Shown: positions 32,125 to 43,072 of the stretch, piece after piece | Layout of the letters: every line of letters starts with the position of its first letter | How positions within the stretch are numbered: position 1 is the stretch's first letter | Source of the DNA: Promethearchaeota archaeon | GTDB taxonomy: Archaea; Asgardarchaeota; Lokiarchaeia; Sigyniarchaeales; SOKP01 | Length of the DNA stretch: 64,000 bases | Direction of reading: 5' to 3' | Assembly: GCA_048937405.1 (NCBI GenBank) | Contig: JBHLNF010000002.1 | Location: 288,001 to 352,000 of the forward strand | Position numbers and translations under genes: made by a program | The notes under the pieces: model-generated | Databases searched by the model: none | Told to the model about the DNA's origin: nothing | The model's input: the letters and a program-made list of their open reading frames with translations, nothing else

Positions 32125-32802
32125 TTGGTCTCCAAATTTTTTATAACAGTTATTTTTTTAATTTCTAATATGAATATGAGAAATGAAGTGGATGGTCTTT
32201 TTGAATTAACTCCAGATTATGTTGAAAAGGCTATTACAGTGGCAGGGAGTGCTTTTCAAGATGATCCTATAATGGTATTTACATATCCTGATGAAGAAGA
32301 AAGAAAACAAAATGCACAATATGGATTTTACATGCTCTATAGGTATGGAATAAAATTTGGACTCACTTATGCTACATCTAAGAACTTGGAAGGAATTACA
32401 ATATGGCTCCCCCCTGATAGAATCTATCCTTCTACCTGGACAATGATGAAAATGGGTGGTTTTTATACTATGCGAAAAGTAGGGTTAAAACTAAAAGCAA
32501 TGAAAAGATCTATGATGGTTTTTAAGTTTGAGGAAGAGAGACATAAAGAACTTGTACCCTATGATCATTGGTATTTCCAAAATATTGCCGTTAAACCAGA
32601 AGAACAAGGAAAAGGATATGGGGGATTATTGATAAAGACTATGCTACACACAATTGAGAATGATGGATTACCAATTTATGTAGAAACTAACACTGAAAAA
32701 GCCATGTTAATTTACCAGAAATATGGATTTGAAATACTAGAACACGTTGTAATCCCTGATACTGATATACCTCTTTGGTGTATGTTAAAAACATCAAAAT
32801 AA
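32125..32802 (+). CDS. GNAT N-acetyltransferase
   Basis: AVKPEEQGKGYGG acetyl-CoA motif, YQKYGF. True start probably near 32170. Confidence 0.9.
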   Translation: MVSKFFITVIFLISNMNMRNEVDGLFELTPDYVEKAITVAGSAFQDDPIMVFTYPDEEERKQNAQYGFYMLYRYGIKFGLTYATSKNLEGITIWLPPDRIYPSTWTMMKMGGFYTMRKVGLKLKAMKRSMMVFKFEEERHKELVPYDHWYFQNIAVKPEEQGKGYGGLLIKTMLHTIENDGLPIYVETNTEKAMLIYQKYGFEILEHVVIPDTDIPLWCMLKTSK

Positions 32803-32882
32803 GCGTGATAAATGAATATAGTATATACAAAAAAAGTTCCATTAGACCCTTAGCTTTCTTTTGCAGAAGAATATCTAAGAAC

Positions 32883-33392
32883 TTATGCATCTAATTTGGT
32901 TCCACAGTAAACACAATAGGTATCATTTCTACTATTTGCTTCGCCGCAATGAACACACAATACTTTTGATAAATGAGCAATTTGATGTCGTGAAATTTCT
33001 TGGATTTTATCAAGATTAGCTAAGAAAGTATAGTCAATTTCTTTAACCAGTTTCATTGGAGTAATGCCCATTTCATAAGCCCATTCTTTCATCATGTCTT
33101 TTGGTACTTTCGATGGGATACCCTTTCCAAAATTTGAGTATTTAACAGAAATGCTAACATAAGTAAGGCCATCAGAAGGATTATACCCAAAAGTCATTTC
33201 ATATGTTTCACCCATAGATGTACCATAAATATGCATTGAAGTACCATGACGTATCGTAAGTTTTCGATATAACTTATTTGTAGAGATGTATTGATCTTTT
33301 ATTTTACCCTTATGATTCCTAAAAAATACTAATGTTCTATTCCAGGTATCTTCTAAAGGTAAATTAAGTGCATGATAGCAATATCTTTTCAT
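32883..33392 (-). CDS. Hypothetical protein with C-terminal double zinc ribbon
   Basis: CVHCG...YCVYCGTKL. Confidence 0.75.
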   Translation of the reverse strand: MKRYCYHALNLPLEDTWNRTLVFFRNHKGKIKDQYISTNKLYRKLTIRHGTSMHIYGTSMGETYEMTFGYNPSDGLTYVSISVKYSNFGKGIPSKVPKDMMKEWAYEMGITPMKLVKEIDYTFLANLDKIQEISRHQIAHLSKVLCVHCGEANSRNDTYCVYCGTKLDA

Positions 33393-33699
33393 AATTCAGT
33401 ATATTACAATCTTGTTTTAGACTTTATTGTTTTTCATAAACTTATAAATATTAGTTTAAAAAAAAAATTAAAATAAAATGGAGTCCAATTTTTCATTTAT
33501 AACTTTAATACTAAAAAAATAATTTCATGAATATACAACTCTAGGGGAGCATGGGTTTAGTTTAGAGTACTTTTATAAAAAATTACGAGCTATGACACCT
33601 TTAGAGTATGCATTGGGTTAAAAAGCATAAAATTAAGGAATTACCTTTTAATTTTTAATAATTTGATGTCATCCTGATTTATAATATTAATAATCAGTA

Positions 33700-34782
33700 T
33701 TATTTCGTTAGAGCCCAAATACAATTAATATTATCTTTGAAAATCCTCGCGTTTTTGAATTTTGTAGATTTTATAAACTGTTTAAAACTTTTTTCATTGT
33801 AATGCCTCGCACCAAAGAATACTTCATCCCATTTCAATATACCTTTCCCTAAAGTCTTAACCTTTTCTACTTCAAATGTATTGGGAACCATTTCCTCTCC
33901 CATAACTAAAACACCATCATCTTTTAATAATTTATATATTTCATCAATAAAATCCTTCCTATAGATATCATCACCTCTTATTTCATGAAGAACCTCATTT
34001 AGTAGAATTACATCAAACTTATTATCTTCATCTCTGAGAAGGTATTCTCTTACATTACAATTTACTACTTCAACCTGATTTTGCCAATTATTAATTTTAA
34101 TCAGTTCCTTAATTATTGATATTACAGTGGGATTAGGATCGATTGCGACAAAATTGGTATTTTTATATTTTTCCACCCAAATTTGCAGATTTATTCCAAT
34201 TCCACAGCCAATCTCAAGAATTTGACCTCCATTTCGCAATTTTTGATGATAATTTTTAAAATTTTTGGAAAATAACCTTAATCTTGCAATATTTTTAATT
34301 GTACTCAACTTTTGACCATCTCTGCTTGAGGCTTCACAAACTGCTCCATCCAAACGTTCGATGATTCGACCTGTTTTGAAGCTCTCAAAAATTAAATTCT
34401 GCAAGACTGCGTTTTTATAGACCCACCCATATAAATTTCCTAAGTAGAATGAAGAATCGGTATCCACAAAAAGTTCATAAATATATGGGGCAGTTTCAAG
34501 ATACCCATTTTTTTCTTGACTAACATTGAAGATACCTAATTCTAGAGCAATATGAAACCATGCATCCAAGAAAATTGGGTCTAACTTTAAATCATTTGCT
34601 ATAATATCTGGAGAAAAAATTATAATTTGCGTTTTCCCATTAACACCATCTGATTTTTCTTTTTTTAATAAATAATCAAAGATTCCAAGTCTTCTTCCTA
34701 AAGAAATCAATAATACAGAATAATATCCTTGAATACATTCCCGGCCATAATAATCAATTATTTTATTTAATTCTTGAATCAT
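33700..34782 (-). CDS. Class I SAM-dependent methyltransferase with N-terminal wHTH
   Basis: ILEIGCGIG, AID, FDVILLNEVLHE, LKDDG. Confidence 0.88.
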   Translation of the reverse strand: MIQELNKIIDYYGRECIQGYYSVLLISLGRRLGIFDYLLKKEKSDGVNGKTQIIIFSPDIIANDLKLDPIFLDAWFHIALELGIFNVSQEKNGYLETAPYIYELFVDTDSSFYLGNLYGWVYKNAVLQNLIFESFKTGRIIERLDGAVCEASSRDGQKLSTIKNIARLRLFSKNFKNYHQKLRNGGQILEIGCGIGINLQIWVEKYKNTNFVAIDPNPTVISIIKELIKINNWQNQVEVVNCNVREYLLRDEDNKFDVILLNEVLHEIRGDDIYRKDFIDEIYKLLKDDGVLVMGEEMVPNTFEVEKVKTLGKGILKWDEVFFGARHYNEKSFKQFIKSTKFKNARIFKDNINCIWALTK

Positions 34783-34957
34783 TTTTACTATCTCGTCCTA
34801 ATTTTTGGATTGAATAATATGATTAAGTTTAACAAATAAATTTAATGAAAACACTTTATTTGAGTTAAAAAGAATGAAAAATTTTTATTTAAATCATTTT
34901 CAAAATTCATTTCATAAAAAATAAACCTTTAATCTCATATCGTATAATTAAACAGCA

Positions 34958-35011
34958 AAAAATGGAATGAATGGCACATTCAGAATCGAATCTAAATGAA
35001 AATTTCTTTGA
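34958..35011 (-). repeat. Dispersed repeat, copy 2 (degenerate)
   Basis: Reverse complement reads TCAAAGAAATTTTCATTTAGATTCGATTCTGAATGTGCCATTCATTCCATTTT. Confidence 0.65.
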
Positions 35012-35081
35012 GTTAAAATTGATAATAAAAAAGTATATTTCAACGTCTTGTCCTATTTATAAATAACGTATAACTTGGTGA

Positions 35082-35648
35082 TTGAGCTTTATTTTAATTC
35101 GTTTGATTGTGAGTGCTAGATTTAGAACGAATTGTTATCTTTTCGGAGATGAAAATACAAAAGAAATTGTTATTATTGACCCCGGGATTGATTCAAATAA
35201 TATCAAAAACCTTATTACTAGAGAAGGATACAAACCGGTTTATATAATAGGTACACATGCACACCATGACCATATTCAATGCGCTGCTGATGTTATGGAT
35301 TTTTATCATATTCCATTATTGATCAAGGATTTTGGGAATAGGAGTATTGAAACTATAAAACTCATTAAAGAAAATGATGTAATCAAAATTGGATCAGAAT
35401 GTCTTCATGTAATTGAAACACCAGGGCATTCCAAAAATGACATAATGCTGATTGATTACAATAACAAGCTTATCTTTACAGGAGATACTCTTTTGAGGGG
35501 AAGAATCCCTTGGCAACTAGTGAATTATGATGATTTGATGACTAGTATTAAAAAAATATTATACTATCCTAAAATTTCAGGTGAATTCAAAATCTATCCA
35601 GGTCACGGTAGTCATTCTACAATCGGCAAAGAAAGGTTGAATTATTAA
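35082..35648 (+). CDS. MBL-fold metallo-hydrolase (glyoxalase II-like)
   Basis: THAHHDH, TPGHS, FTGDTL, PGHG. Confidence 0.92.
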   Translation: MSFILIRLIVSARFRTNCYLFGDENTKEIVIIDPGIDSNNIKNLITREGYKPVYIIGTHAHHDHIQCAADVMDFYHIPLLIKDFGNRSIETIKLIKENDVIKIGSECLHVIETPGHSKNDIMLIDYNNKLIFTGDTLLRGRIPWQLVNYDDLMTSIKKILYYPKISGEFKIYPGHGSHSTIGKERLNY

Positions 35649-35671
35649 TTTTATGTTAATTGTATTGGATA

Positions 35672-35711
35672 GATAAATTTCAAGTCTGATTTCAATGAAA
35701 ATTTAGTAAAA
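35672..35711 (-). repeat. Dispersed repeat, copy 3
   Basis: Reverse complement reads TTTTACTAAATTTTCATTGAAATCAGACTTGAAATTTATC. Confidence 0.8.
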
Positions 35712-35754
35712 TCATGTGGATATTAATAAGGGTTCTCCTAAACAAATGATGTTC

Positions 35755-36669
35755 TTATAAGCCTCGAAGATAATCAGGTCGACGCATTTTTGGGTTTTTA
35801 ATACCCATTTCAATTGCTTTAAGAAATTGTTTTTTATCTCGACTTAATTCTCCTTTCAAATTTAGATAATTTGAAGCATGATTTGTGTTAAATACACATT
35901 TCTGCAAATCATCAGAGGTATGTTCTATCATCGTATATAATTCTTCTAAAATTTGGGTGCTTGAACATGGGTGGAATTCTTCATTTGCTTGTTGAGTCCA
36001 CAATTCAGATCCTGGAGTAACCCTTAAGGTTAAGGGTGAGATATACCAAGGAATTGGAGTTGGTGGAGACATCCTATTAATTAATTTTGCAGATTCAATC
36101 GCATGTTTTCGACTTTTTTCAGGATCATTTCCAGCAAGTCCTAATAAAAATATACCGGACCAAGAAATTCCTGCTTTATGACACTTTTGAGCTGCGAGGG
36201 CAAACTCATCCTGCGTGGTTCCCTTTTTACAATTTTTTAGAACATCATTATCTCCACTTTCGATACCCACGTAAACCATTGTAAATCCACTATCTGCTAT
36301 TCTTTTTAAATCTTCGTCCGATTTTTTTATGATATCTTTAGCATGAGCATAAGCACTTACTTTCTTGAGATTCGGATGAATTCTATAACAATATTTAGTC
36401 AGTTCAATGAGGACCTCAGGTTTAACAACAAACGCATTTCCATCTTCAAAAAAGACTTTACGTATGCGATTTCCATACACAACTCTCGCAACTTTAATAT
36501 CCTCTTTAATTTCTTCAAGATTTCTGCGAATTGAGAATGTTTTTGACCGATACATGGAACAAAAGGTACATCTATGGGTGCAGCCATTTGTTATTGCAAT
36601 CAATAAGGCATCCCACTCCGAAGGTGGTCTAAAGACGGGATCTTCCAAATTACCTACTACATAATTCAT
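35755..36669 (-). CDS. Radical SAM protein, tandem copy A
   Basis: CTHRCTFC, RPPSE, YVGIESG, NHASNY. Confidence 0.92.
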   Translation of the reverse strand: MNYVVGNLEDPVFRPPSEWDALLIAITNGCTHRCTFCSMYRSKTFSIRRNLEEIKEDIKVARVVYGNRIRKVFFEDGNAFVVKPEVLIELTKYCYRIHPNLKKVSAYAHAKDIIKKSDEDLKRIADSGFTMVYVGIESGDNDVLKNCKKGTTQDEFALAAQKCHKAGISWSGIFLLGLAGNDPEKSRKHAIESAKLINRMSPPTPIPWYISPLTLRVTPGSELWTQQANEEFHPCSSTQILEELYTMIEHTSDDLQKCVFNTNHASNYLNLKGELSRDKKQFLKAIEMGIKNPKMRRPDYLRGL

Positions 36670-36847
36670 GATTACTTCTGTTTATAAGATGATTTCGTAC
36701 TATTATTTTAACTATAGTTATTTAATTCAATTTGAACTTATTGGAAAAAATATTGAATTACTGAAAAAGTTATTACTTACATCTGCTAAATGATTATCAA
36801 ATTTCTTTTTTATTTTAAAAATTAGCTTAAAATCTATAAATTACACT

Positions 36848-36889
36848 GAAAGGTTGCACAGAGTCGGATTTCAATGGAAAATTTTTAAA
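36848..36889 (-). repeat. Dispersed repeat, copy 4
   Basis: Reverse complement reads TTTAAAAATTTTCCATTGAAATCCGACTCTGTGCAACCTTTC. Confidence 0.7.
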
Positions 36890-36934
36890 GCGATTTGAAT
36901 AATTGAAAAGAACCCTTTTAAACAGATGAAATTT

Positions 36935-37849
36935 TTAGAACCCACGAAGATAATCAGGTCGACGAAATTGTGGATATATAATACCCAGTTCAACTGCTTT
37001 AAGAAATTGTGCTTTATCTCTGCTTAACTCTCCCCTTAAATTTAAATAATTTGAAGGATGATATGTGCTAAATACACACTTCTGCAAATCATCAGAGGTG
37101 TGTTTTATCATCGTATATAATTCTTGTAAAATTTGAGTACTTGAACATAACTGGAATTCTCCATTTGTCTGTTGAGTCCACAGCTCAGATCCTGGAGTAG
37201 GATTTAAGGTTAAGGGTGAGATATACCAAGGAATTGGGGTTGGTGGAGCCATTCGATTAATTAATTTTGCTGACTCAATCGCATGTTTTCGACTTTTTTC
37301 AGGATCATTTCCGGCAAGGCCTAATAGAAATATACCAAACCATGCAATGCCTGCTTTATGACATTTTTGGGCAGCGAGAGCAAGCTCATCTTGGGTAGTT
37401 CCCTTTTTACATTTTTTTAGAACATCATCATCTCCACTTTCGATACCCACGTAAACCATTGTAAATCCACTATCTGCTATTTTTTTTAAATCTTCATCCG
37501 ACTTGTTTATTATATCTTTAGCATGGGCATACGCACTTACTTTCTTGAGATTCGGATGGATTTCATAACAGAATTCCGTAAGTTCAATGAGAACCTCCGA
37601 TTTAACAACAAACGCATTTCCGTCTTCGAAAAATACTTTGCGAATACGATCTCCATATACAGCTTCCGCTATTTTAATATCACCTTTAATTTCTTCGAGA
37701 TTTCTACGAATTGAAAACGTTTTTGACCGATACATGGAACAAAAGGTACATCTATGGGTGCAGCCATTCGTTATTGCAATCAATAAGGCATCCCACTCTG
37801 GGGGTGGTCTATATACTGGTTCCTCCAAATTTCCAACTCTAAAATTCAT
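36935..37849 (-). CDS. Radical SAM protein, tandem copy B
   Basis: Same length as copy A, about 42 of 304 residues differ (counted by eye). Confidence 0.92.
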   Translation of the reverse strand: MNFRVGNLEEPVYRPPPEWDALLIAITNGCTHRCTFCSMYRSKTFSIRRNLEEIKGDIKIAEAVYGDRIRKVFFEDGNAFVVKSEVLIELTEFCYEIHPNLKKVSAYAHAKDIINKSDEDLKKIADSGFTMVYVGIESGDDDVLKKCKKGTTQDELALAAQKCHKAGIAWFGIFLLGLAGNDPEKSRKHAIESAKLINRMAPPTPIPWYISPLTLNPTPGSELWTQQTNGEFQLCSSTQILQELYTMIKHTSDDLQKCVFSTYHPSNYLNLRGELSRDKAQFLKAVELGIIYPQFRRPDYLRGF

Positions 37850-38598
37850 GATTCCTTTAAGGTATACGTTAATGTTTAACCTTTCCTTCAGTCAGTTTTT
37901 ATTCCATTAGAAGTTAATATTTATAGTATTGAATTACTGAAAAAGTTATAAGGAAAACTAAAGCCTCATTAAATGTCTTATCGATCCAATAACCTCAAAA
38001 AATTAAGGAAAAATCGGTTTAACAAGATATTAAGAGAAATTTCTATTTACAAATTCATTATTGAGGGAGGTGATTTTTCTAAAAAGTATCTTTGGGTAAA
38101 ATATAATAAGATATTCAGTTTTGTATGCTTTAATAGGATACTAAAATTATATCGGAAAATCATACTTATTATCTACATAATAGACAAGTTAAAGTATTAT
38201 TCTATATTTTATTGAATAGAAGGGTAATATACACTAATTTGAGCAAACATTGGATTTCGCCCTCTATAAACCTTTCAATAGGTTTTTCTCTCCCTAAAAT
38301 TTTAGCTCAAATTTTTATTCCCTTCTCTTACTTACTTTTTTAATATTCACAATTAGTACTTTTAAATTCCCTAATTTCAATCTTTAATTGTAAATTAATC
38401 ATATCAATTGAAATCTCAACCACACTTTTTTCATTATACAATCATAAAATCTTCAAATAATATATAGCAATAAGATTTTTTTTGTTTCTCATATGTTCTT
38501 TATTATAGTTTTAATGAATAGTTAAAATATAATTTAATTAGCTTCACTCAAATTCTATTGAATTTTTAATGTAAGCTGCTTATCTTATATGAAAAGAA

Positions 38599-40992
38599 GT
38601 GAGAATGATAAAAGAAAATGCGAATCTCCCTACAAGGGTACAAAAATTTGGAAATGAGACGCAAGATACTTCTGGGTCACATATAACCGTTGTAAGAATG
38701 TATGCAGATCGAGCTTATATCGGAATTCCCGAGTTACTAAAAGAAGTTATCGATGATTCCAACAGGGAATCTTGGAGAAAAATATGCACAAAGATAGATT
38801 ATATTTACGAGAATTTAAACCATATTTTCAGAGCGCTCGGGGAAGAAACAAGGATAAAAGAGAAACTCCGTTTAGATCTCGAAAAGGGGAAGATCCTTCT
38901 TTTTAAACCAAACATAGTAAATCCTATGGTCATTGATCCTATTACCCATAATGAGGGAATTGCTACTAAGGTTTCTACAGAGTGGGCTCTCGTAGCCGCC
39001 TTGATGAGATGGATTCATGACAATTTTGATGTTTCATATCATCAGATGGCTTTGGGTGAAGCCGCTACCCTCATTTCTATGTATACAGGATTATATAATA
39101 TAAATCTTGATTTAAAAAAAAAAATAACCACAGAAGCCATCATCGAAGGCAAAAGTGGAGACTTTTATGGAGGGTGGGGTTTTTATTTTGTAAGAAAATA
39201 TCTATCTGAAAATCATCAACCTTCTCATGACGACGATCCAATGCATGGATATGAGGAAAGTGTCCTAGGAACCTATATATCTCCGGGTAGAGCATATAAC
39301 AAGCTCATGGTCTACGATTTGAATCGTGTTTATGATTTAAAAGATAAGGCCAGAACAATTCCAGTTCCTGATGGTGTAAACTTTAAAGAAATAACCCTTC
39401 ACAAAATAATAGTTGGAGGAGATCCAGATAATCCAAAAGATGCTACTGATTATCCTGGGTGCATCCTAATCAACATTCCCAGACTCAAGTTACATATGCT
39501 CGAACTTCTAACAAATGCAATCAAGAATCTAGGAATGGGACTTTATCCAATGCAAGCAACCAAAAAGGATGATCCCCAGAACCTCAGATGGAAATATAGT
39601 TTTCCTCATAATCTAATACCAGGATTAAAAGCAGAACTCCCTCATGAGATTTGGCACCCTATATGGGAGGAAGAAACCAATCTTCCATTACGAGATCAAA
39701 ACGGCAATTATCTAGTGAATAAAACAGGTGGAATCTACGCTACACAATCCGACATGATCAAGGCGATTATGAATCAGGATATATTAATGATTCATATTGT
39801 AGATGCCATTCAAGCGTTGAATCTTAGTCACACTGGCGGCGGAGTAAAGGTCCCTGAAGGCTTAATCCTTGCTTCTCTCGATCCTGTAGCTTTGGATCTT
39901 CTTTGTGCCAGATACTGTTTTAAAATGGTACCTATAAGGGAAGCATGCGAGCTTCAGAAGAAAATGGGATTAAAAAGTGACTTTTTACAGAGAGTAAGGA
40001 TTCCGAGAGTAGATGGAAAAAACATTTCAAGTGTAGAAGGATTTGATTCTCCACTCCCTAGGTATAAGCTATATGAATATGCGGAATCCAGAGGATTAGG
40101 ACAACAAAAATATTATGTTAAAGGATGGGATGCTATAGGAGATGTCTCTCTTGTTTCGATGCAAGGTCATCTCGGCTGGTTTGAAGATAGAAAATTTTGT
40201 GAGTTAATGACTTCAGAATTTTATTATAATCCCGCTGCTATGATCTGGGGGCTTCAAAAAACAGTAATAGCCTATTTAGAAGCAAATGATTTACTCACGG
40301 GATCATCATATCGAAAGATGTTATTCAACCTTTTTGATGAGAACCATGATGGCATAATTGATTATGATGAGAAAGGTAAGCTGGGTTGCTCAATGCCCCT
40401 CATAAGACTTAGAAGCATTCATCACACAATCCAAGGCACTGAGAGATATGGATTCTTACATGGACCATTTGAAAGTATAGGGATGATGAAATATGAAAAA
40501 AAGGAGTGGAATGCTCATGGACACGACTTTTCTAAAGATTTTGAGCTTTCTTTTAAAATTGCATTGGCATATAATATGTCCCAAATGCAAAATGAGCAAT
40601 CAGACCCTTTCTTCCACACAATGACTTGGGGTAACGGCAAGTGGCCGAGTCTCCAGTATGCCACTTTCTTTTCAATATTAATAGGTATATACGGCCCTCG
40701 ATTTCCAACAACTATAAGTATTTCCTCCTTATATGGTTTTGCTTTCCAATATGCAGATAAGACGTTGAATAACTCATATTATACAGGGGATATAGGCATG
40801 CCCAGTGACCCTGAAGCCGTTAACCATTATATCCAAGCTGTTCAAGAGGGTAAGGATCAACTAGACTTTGTAGTTTATGTTCCTAAGGGATTTGGTACAA
40901 TAAACGGAAAAATCTTACCTAATATTGTGGAAACGGATGATTCTCATAGAATTTTTACAGCTAGATTTGATAATGGTCAAGAAGTTTGGTAA
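38599..40992 (+). CDS. DUF362-domain protein (large form)
   Basis: LLFKPNIV, INIPRLKLH, TNAIKNLG, SLDPVALD, and an EF-hand-like DENHDGIIDYDE. Confidence 0.75.
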   Translation: MRMIKENANLPTRVQKFGNETQDTSGSHITVVRMYADRAYIGIPELLKEVIDDSNRESWRKICTKIDYIYENLNHIFRALGEETRIKEKLRLDLEKGKILLFKPNIVNPMVIDPITHNEGIATKVSTEWALVAALMRWIHDNFDVSYHQMALGEAATLISMYTGLYNINLDLKKKITTEAIIEGKSGDFYGGWGFYFVRKYLSENHQPSHDDDPMHGYEESVLGTYISPGRAYNKLMVYDLNRVYDLKDKARTIPVPDGVNFKEITLHKIIVGGDPDNPKDATDYPGCILINIPRLKLHMLELLTNAIKNLGMGLYPMQATKKDDPQNLRWKYSFPHNLIPGLKAELPHEIWHPIWEEETNLPLRDQNGNYLVNKTGGIYATQSDMIKAIMNQDILMIHIVDAIQALNLSHTGGGVKVPEGLILASLDPVALDLLCARYCFKMVPIREACELQKKMGLKSDFLQRVRIPRVDGKNISSVEGFDSPLPRYKLYEYAESRGLGQQKYYVKGWDAIGDVSLVSMQGHLGWFEDRKFCELMTSEFYYNPAAMIWGLQKTVIAYLEANDLLTGSSYRKMLFNLFDENHDGIIDYDEKGKLGCSMPLIRLRSIHHTIQGTERYGFLHGPFESIGMMKYEKKEWNAHGHDFSKDFELSFKIALAYNMSQMQNEQSDPFFHTMTWGNGKWPSLQYATFFSILIGIYGPRFPTTISISSLYGFAFQYADKTLNNSYYTGDIGMPSDPEAVNHYIQAVQEGKDQLDFVVYVPKGFGTINGKILPNIVETDDSHRIFTARFDNGQEVW

Positions 40993-41084
40993 TAGACAGG
41001 AAGCCTGAGCTCTTAAGGATTATTTCTAAAATTTTTGTATTGTTGAGCCTCTTATAAGACAAAATATTAAAGAAAAAAAAAGAA

Positions 41085-41448
41085 TTATCTGCTTATAAGA
41101 GCACCAATTAAAGTAATAATAAATACTCCAATAGCTATAAAAAAGCCATTTCCCAATCTCCACGCCCAATCTCCTCCCAATCCTAAATCTTCACTTCCCC
41201 GAAACACAATATAATCCTCATGAATCAACCAACTTAAACCTTCTAAAATATCCTCGAAATTTTCAATTACCGCTAATCTATAGCAAAAGAGTCCTAAGCT
41301 ACCGACCACGACAAACGCAAATACGATTGAAAGTTCTTTTTTTCTTTAATAGCAGAAACAATTATTAATACTGAATCCGATTAAAAATAATTCCTCCGAT
41401 TAGAAGTAAAGGTTCATGAAATTCAGAATTAACTGAATCATCGGACAC
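41085..41448 (-). pseudogene. Small membrane protein, frameshifted or fragmentary
   Basis: The ORF 41085-41309 frame continues upstream (SVLIIVSAIKEKKELSIVFAF) to a stop near 41381. Another frame carries further hydrophobic coding-like sequence. Confidence 0.45.
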
Positions 41449-41593
41449 TTAACTCAACTCGACTCTATTACTTTAATTAGAAATTACACTTCTTCAAATT
41501 ATGCATTTGTGTTTTCAAAAAACCAATATTCAATTTATTTAAATCTATTGAATTGTGAGTTTTTAAATAACAAATCTTTTCTTATCATTTTGC

Positions 41594-42118
41594 ATGACAA
41601 AAAATAAAAAAAAAATACTCCTTCTAGGTCTGGCAAATAGTGGAAAAACATCTATCGCTCTTTCAATGCAAAATATTACAGATTTGGTATCGTATACTGC
41701 CTTACAACCAACAAGAGGACTAGAGATTTCGGAGTTTGAGAATGACGACACAGAATTTTTCATATGGGATTTTGGGGGACAAGAAAAATATAGAGAACAA
41801 TACAAACAAAAGTTAAATAAATATATCGCCGAAACAAGTGAGATTATATATGTTATCGATATCCAAGATGATAATGTATTTTTTATATCTGTTGTTTTCT
41901 TAAGAGAAATCTTAAATATATTAAAAACTGCTGGTTTTAAGTTTGAATTATCCATATATTTTCATAAATTTGATGATAACTTCAAACCAGATGAAGAAAA
42001 AATCAAAGATTTATTGAAAATTATTAAAGAAGAAATTCCTGAAGGGTTTACCTATAAAATTTATCATACCAAAATACATGCCCTTTTTGAAAAAAACCTC
42101 TCACCCTATACTATATAA
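41594..42118 (+). CDS. Arf/Rag-like small GTPase
   Basis: GLANSGKTS, PTRG, WDFGGQ, HKFD. Confidence 0.9.
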   Translation: MTKNKKKILLLGLANSGKTSIALSMQNITDLVSYTALQPTRGLEISEFENDDTEFFIWDFGGQEKYREQYKQKLNKYIAETSEIIYVIDIQDDNVFFISVVFLREILNILKTAGFKFELSIYFHKFDDNFKPDEEKIKDLLKIIKEEIPEGFTYKIYHTKIHALFEKNLSPYTI

Positions 42119-42269
42119 AGTTTTCTGATGCTTTGGGAAAATAATGCAATCTATAAATTTTGATTTAAATTCCCCAAAATATTAATTCTGGGATTACTGG
42201 TTATTTTTGCAATTAATTCGTCTTGTGATAATTTTACCATAATATAAATTGATGATGAGGCAGAATGAA

Positions 42270-42764
42270 TTAATATTGCGATAAGAACTCCTCAACATCC
42301 TTTATGAAGTTCATTGTTCCTTTTTCTATTTGCCCAGTTAATGCATCTAAATCTCGAAAATCCGGATTGTCAACTAACACATATTCTACCACAGAATCAA
42401 TCCCTTGTATACTCGATGGAATACGGTATTTATCCCACCCTTTTTCCCTCACCAAATCCCAATATTCTTTCTGAACAGTCTTATTGTATCCTCCCAACCA
42501 TACTTCAAACTTGAATTCCTCATGCAGAAAGACAATCGCAACTCTCAATTTTCGAGCTTTCAATAAAGGGGGGTTGACCGCGAAATATGTCATATCCATA
42601 TATCCAAAATAAATCCCACCTGACACTGCGTACTTGGGATGCTTCTTTTTAAAATACGCTCTCAATGATCCAAAATATTCCATTAATCCTCGATATGCTT
42701 TCTGAATTATCCCCTTCCTTAACTGGTTTCGATATTCAATGATACTGTCATAAAATGAACTCAT
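42270..42764 (-). CDS. Conserved hypothetical protein
   Basis: Coding-like ORF (GYMDMTYF, FEVWL). No function recognised. Confidence 0.75.
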   Translation of the reverse strand: MSSFYDSIIEYRNQLRKGIIQKAYRGLMEYFGSLRAYFKKKHPKYAVSGGIYFGYMDMTYFAVNPPLLKARKLRVAIVFLHEEFKFEVWLGGYNKTVQKEYWDLVREKGWDKYRIPSSIQGIDSVVEYVLVDNPDFRDLDALTGQIEKGTMNFIKDVEEFLSQY

Positions 42765-42838
42765 ATATACACATTGTGGTCAATATTTTATATTTGATTG
42801 TATTCCATTATTTCCACAGATTAACTAAAGAGTTAAGA

Positions 42839-42880
42839 TTCACTGAATTTTCATTGAAATCAGACTCTGAATTTGACATT
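42839..42880 (+). repeat. Dispersed repeat, copy 5
   Basis: TTCACTGAATTTTCATTGAAATCAGACTCTGAATTTGAC. Confidence 0.88.
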
Positions 42881-43072
42881 CAAGATTCTTTTAAAATAAT
42901 TATCCGAATCAAAATGTTTGAAATTAAATATGTAATCTCACATAGTTTATTGTTCTGATCAGAACTAATAAATAAATTTAAATATAAATATCACTTACTT
43001 TTTTGCAGAAATCCTTAAAGATTAGAAGACAATATTAGAATCAAAATTAGTAATTAATTAAGGGCACTATAA

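Noticed and set aside
37973-38215. 80-aa ORF upstream of the radical SAM pair
   Set aside because: No recognisable motif in low-complexity AT-rich sequence. At best a decayed fragment.
42755-42958. 67-aa ORF spanning repeat copy 5
   Set aside because: Reads through the non-coding repeat and has no protein features.
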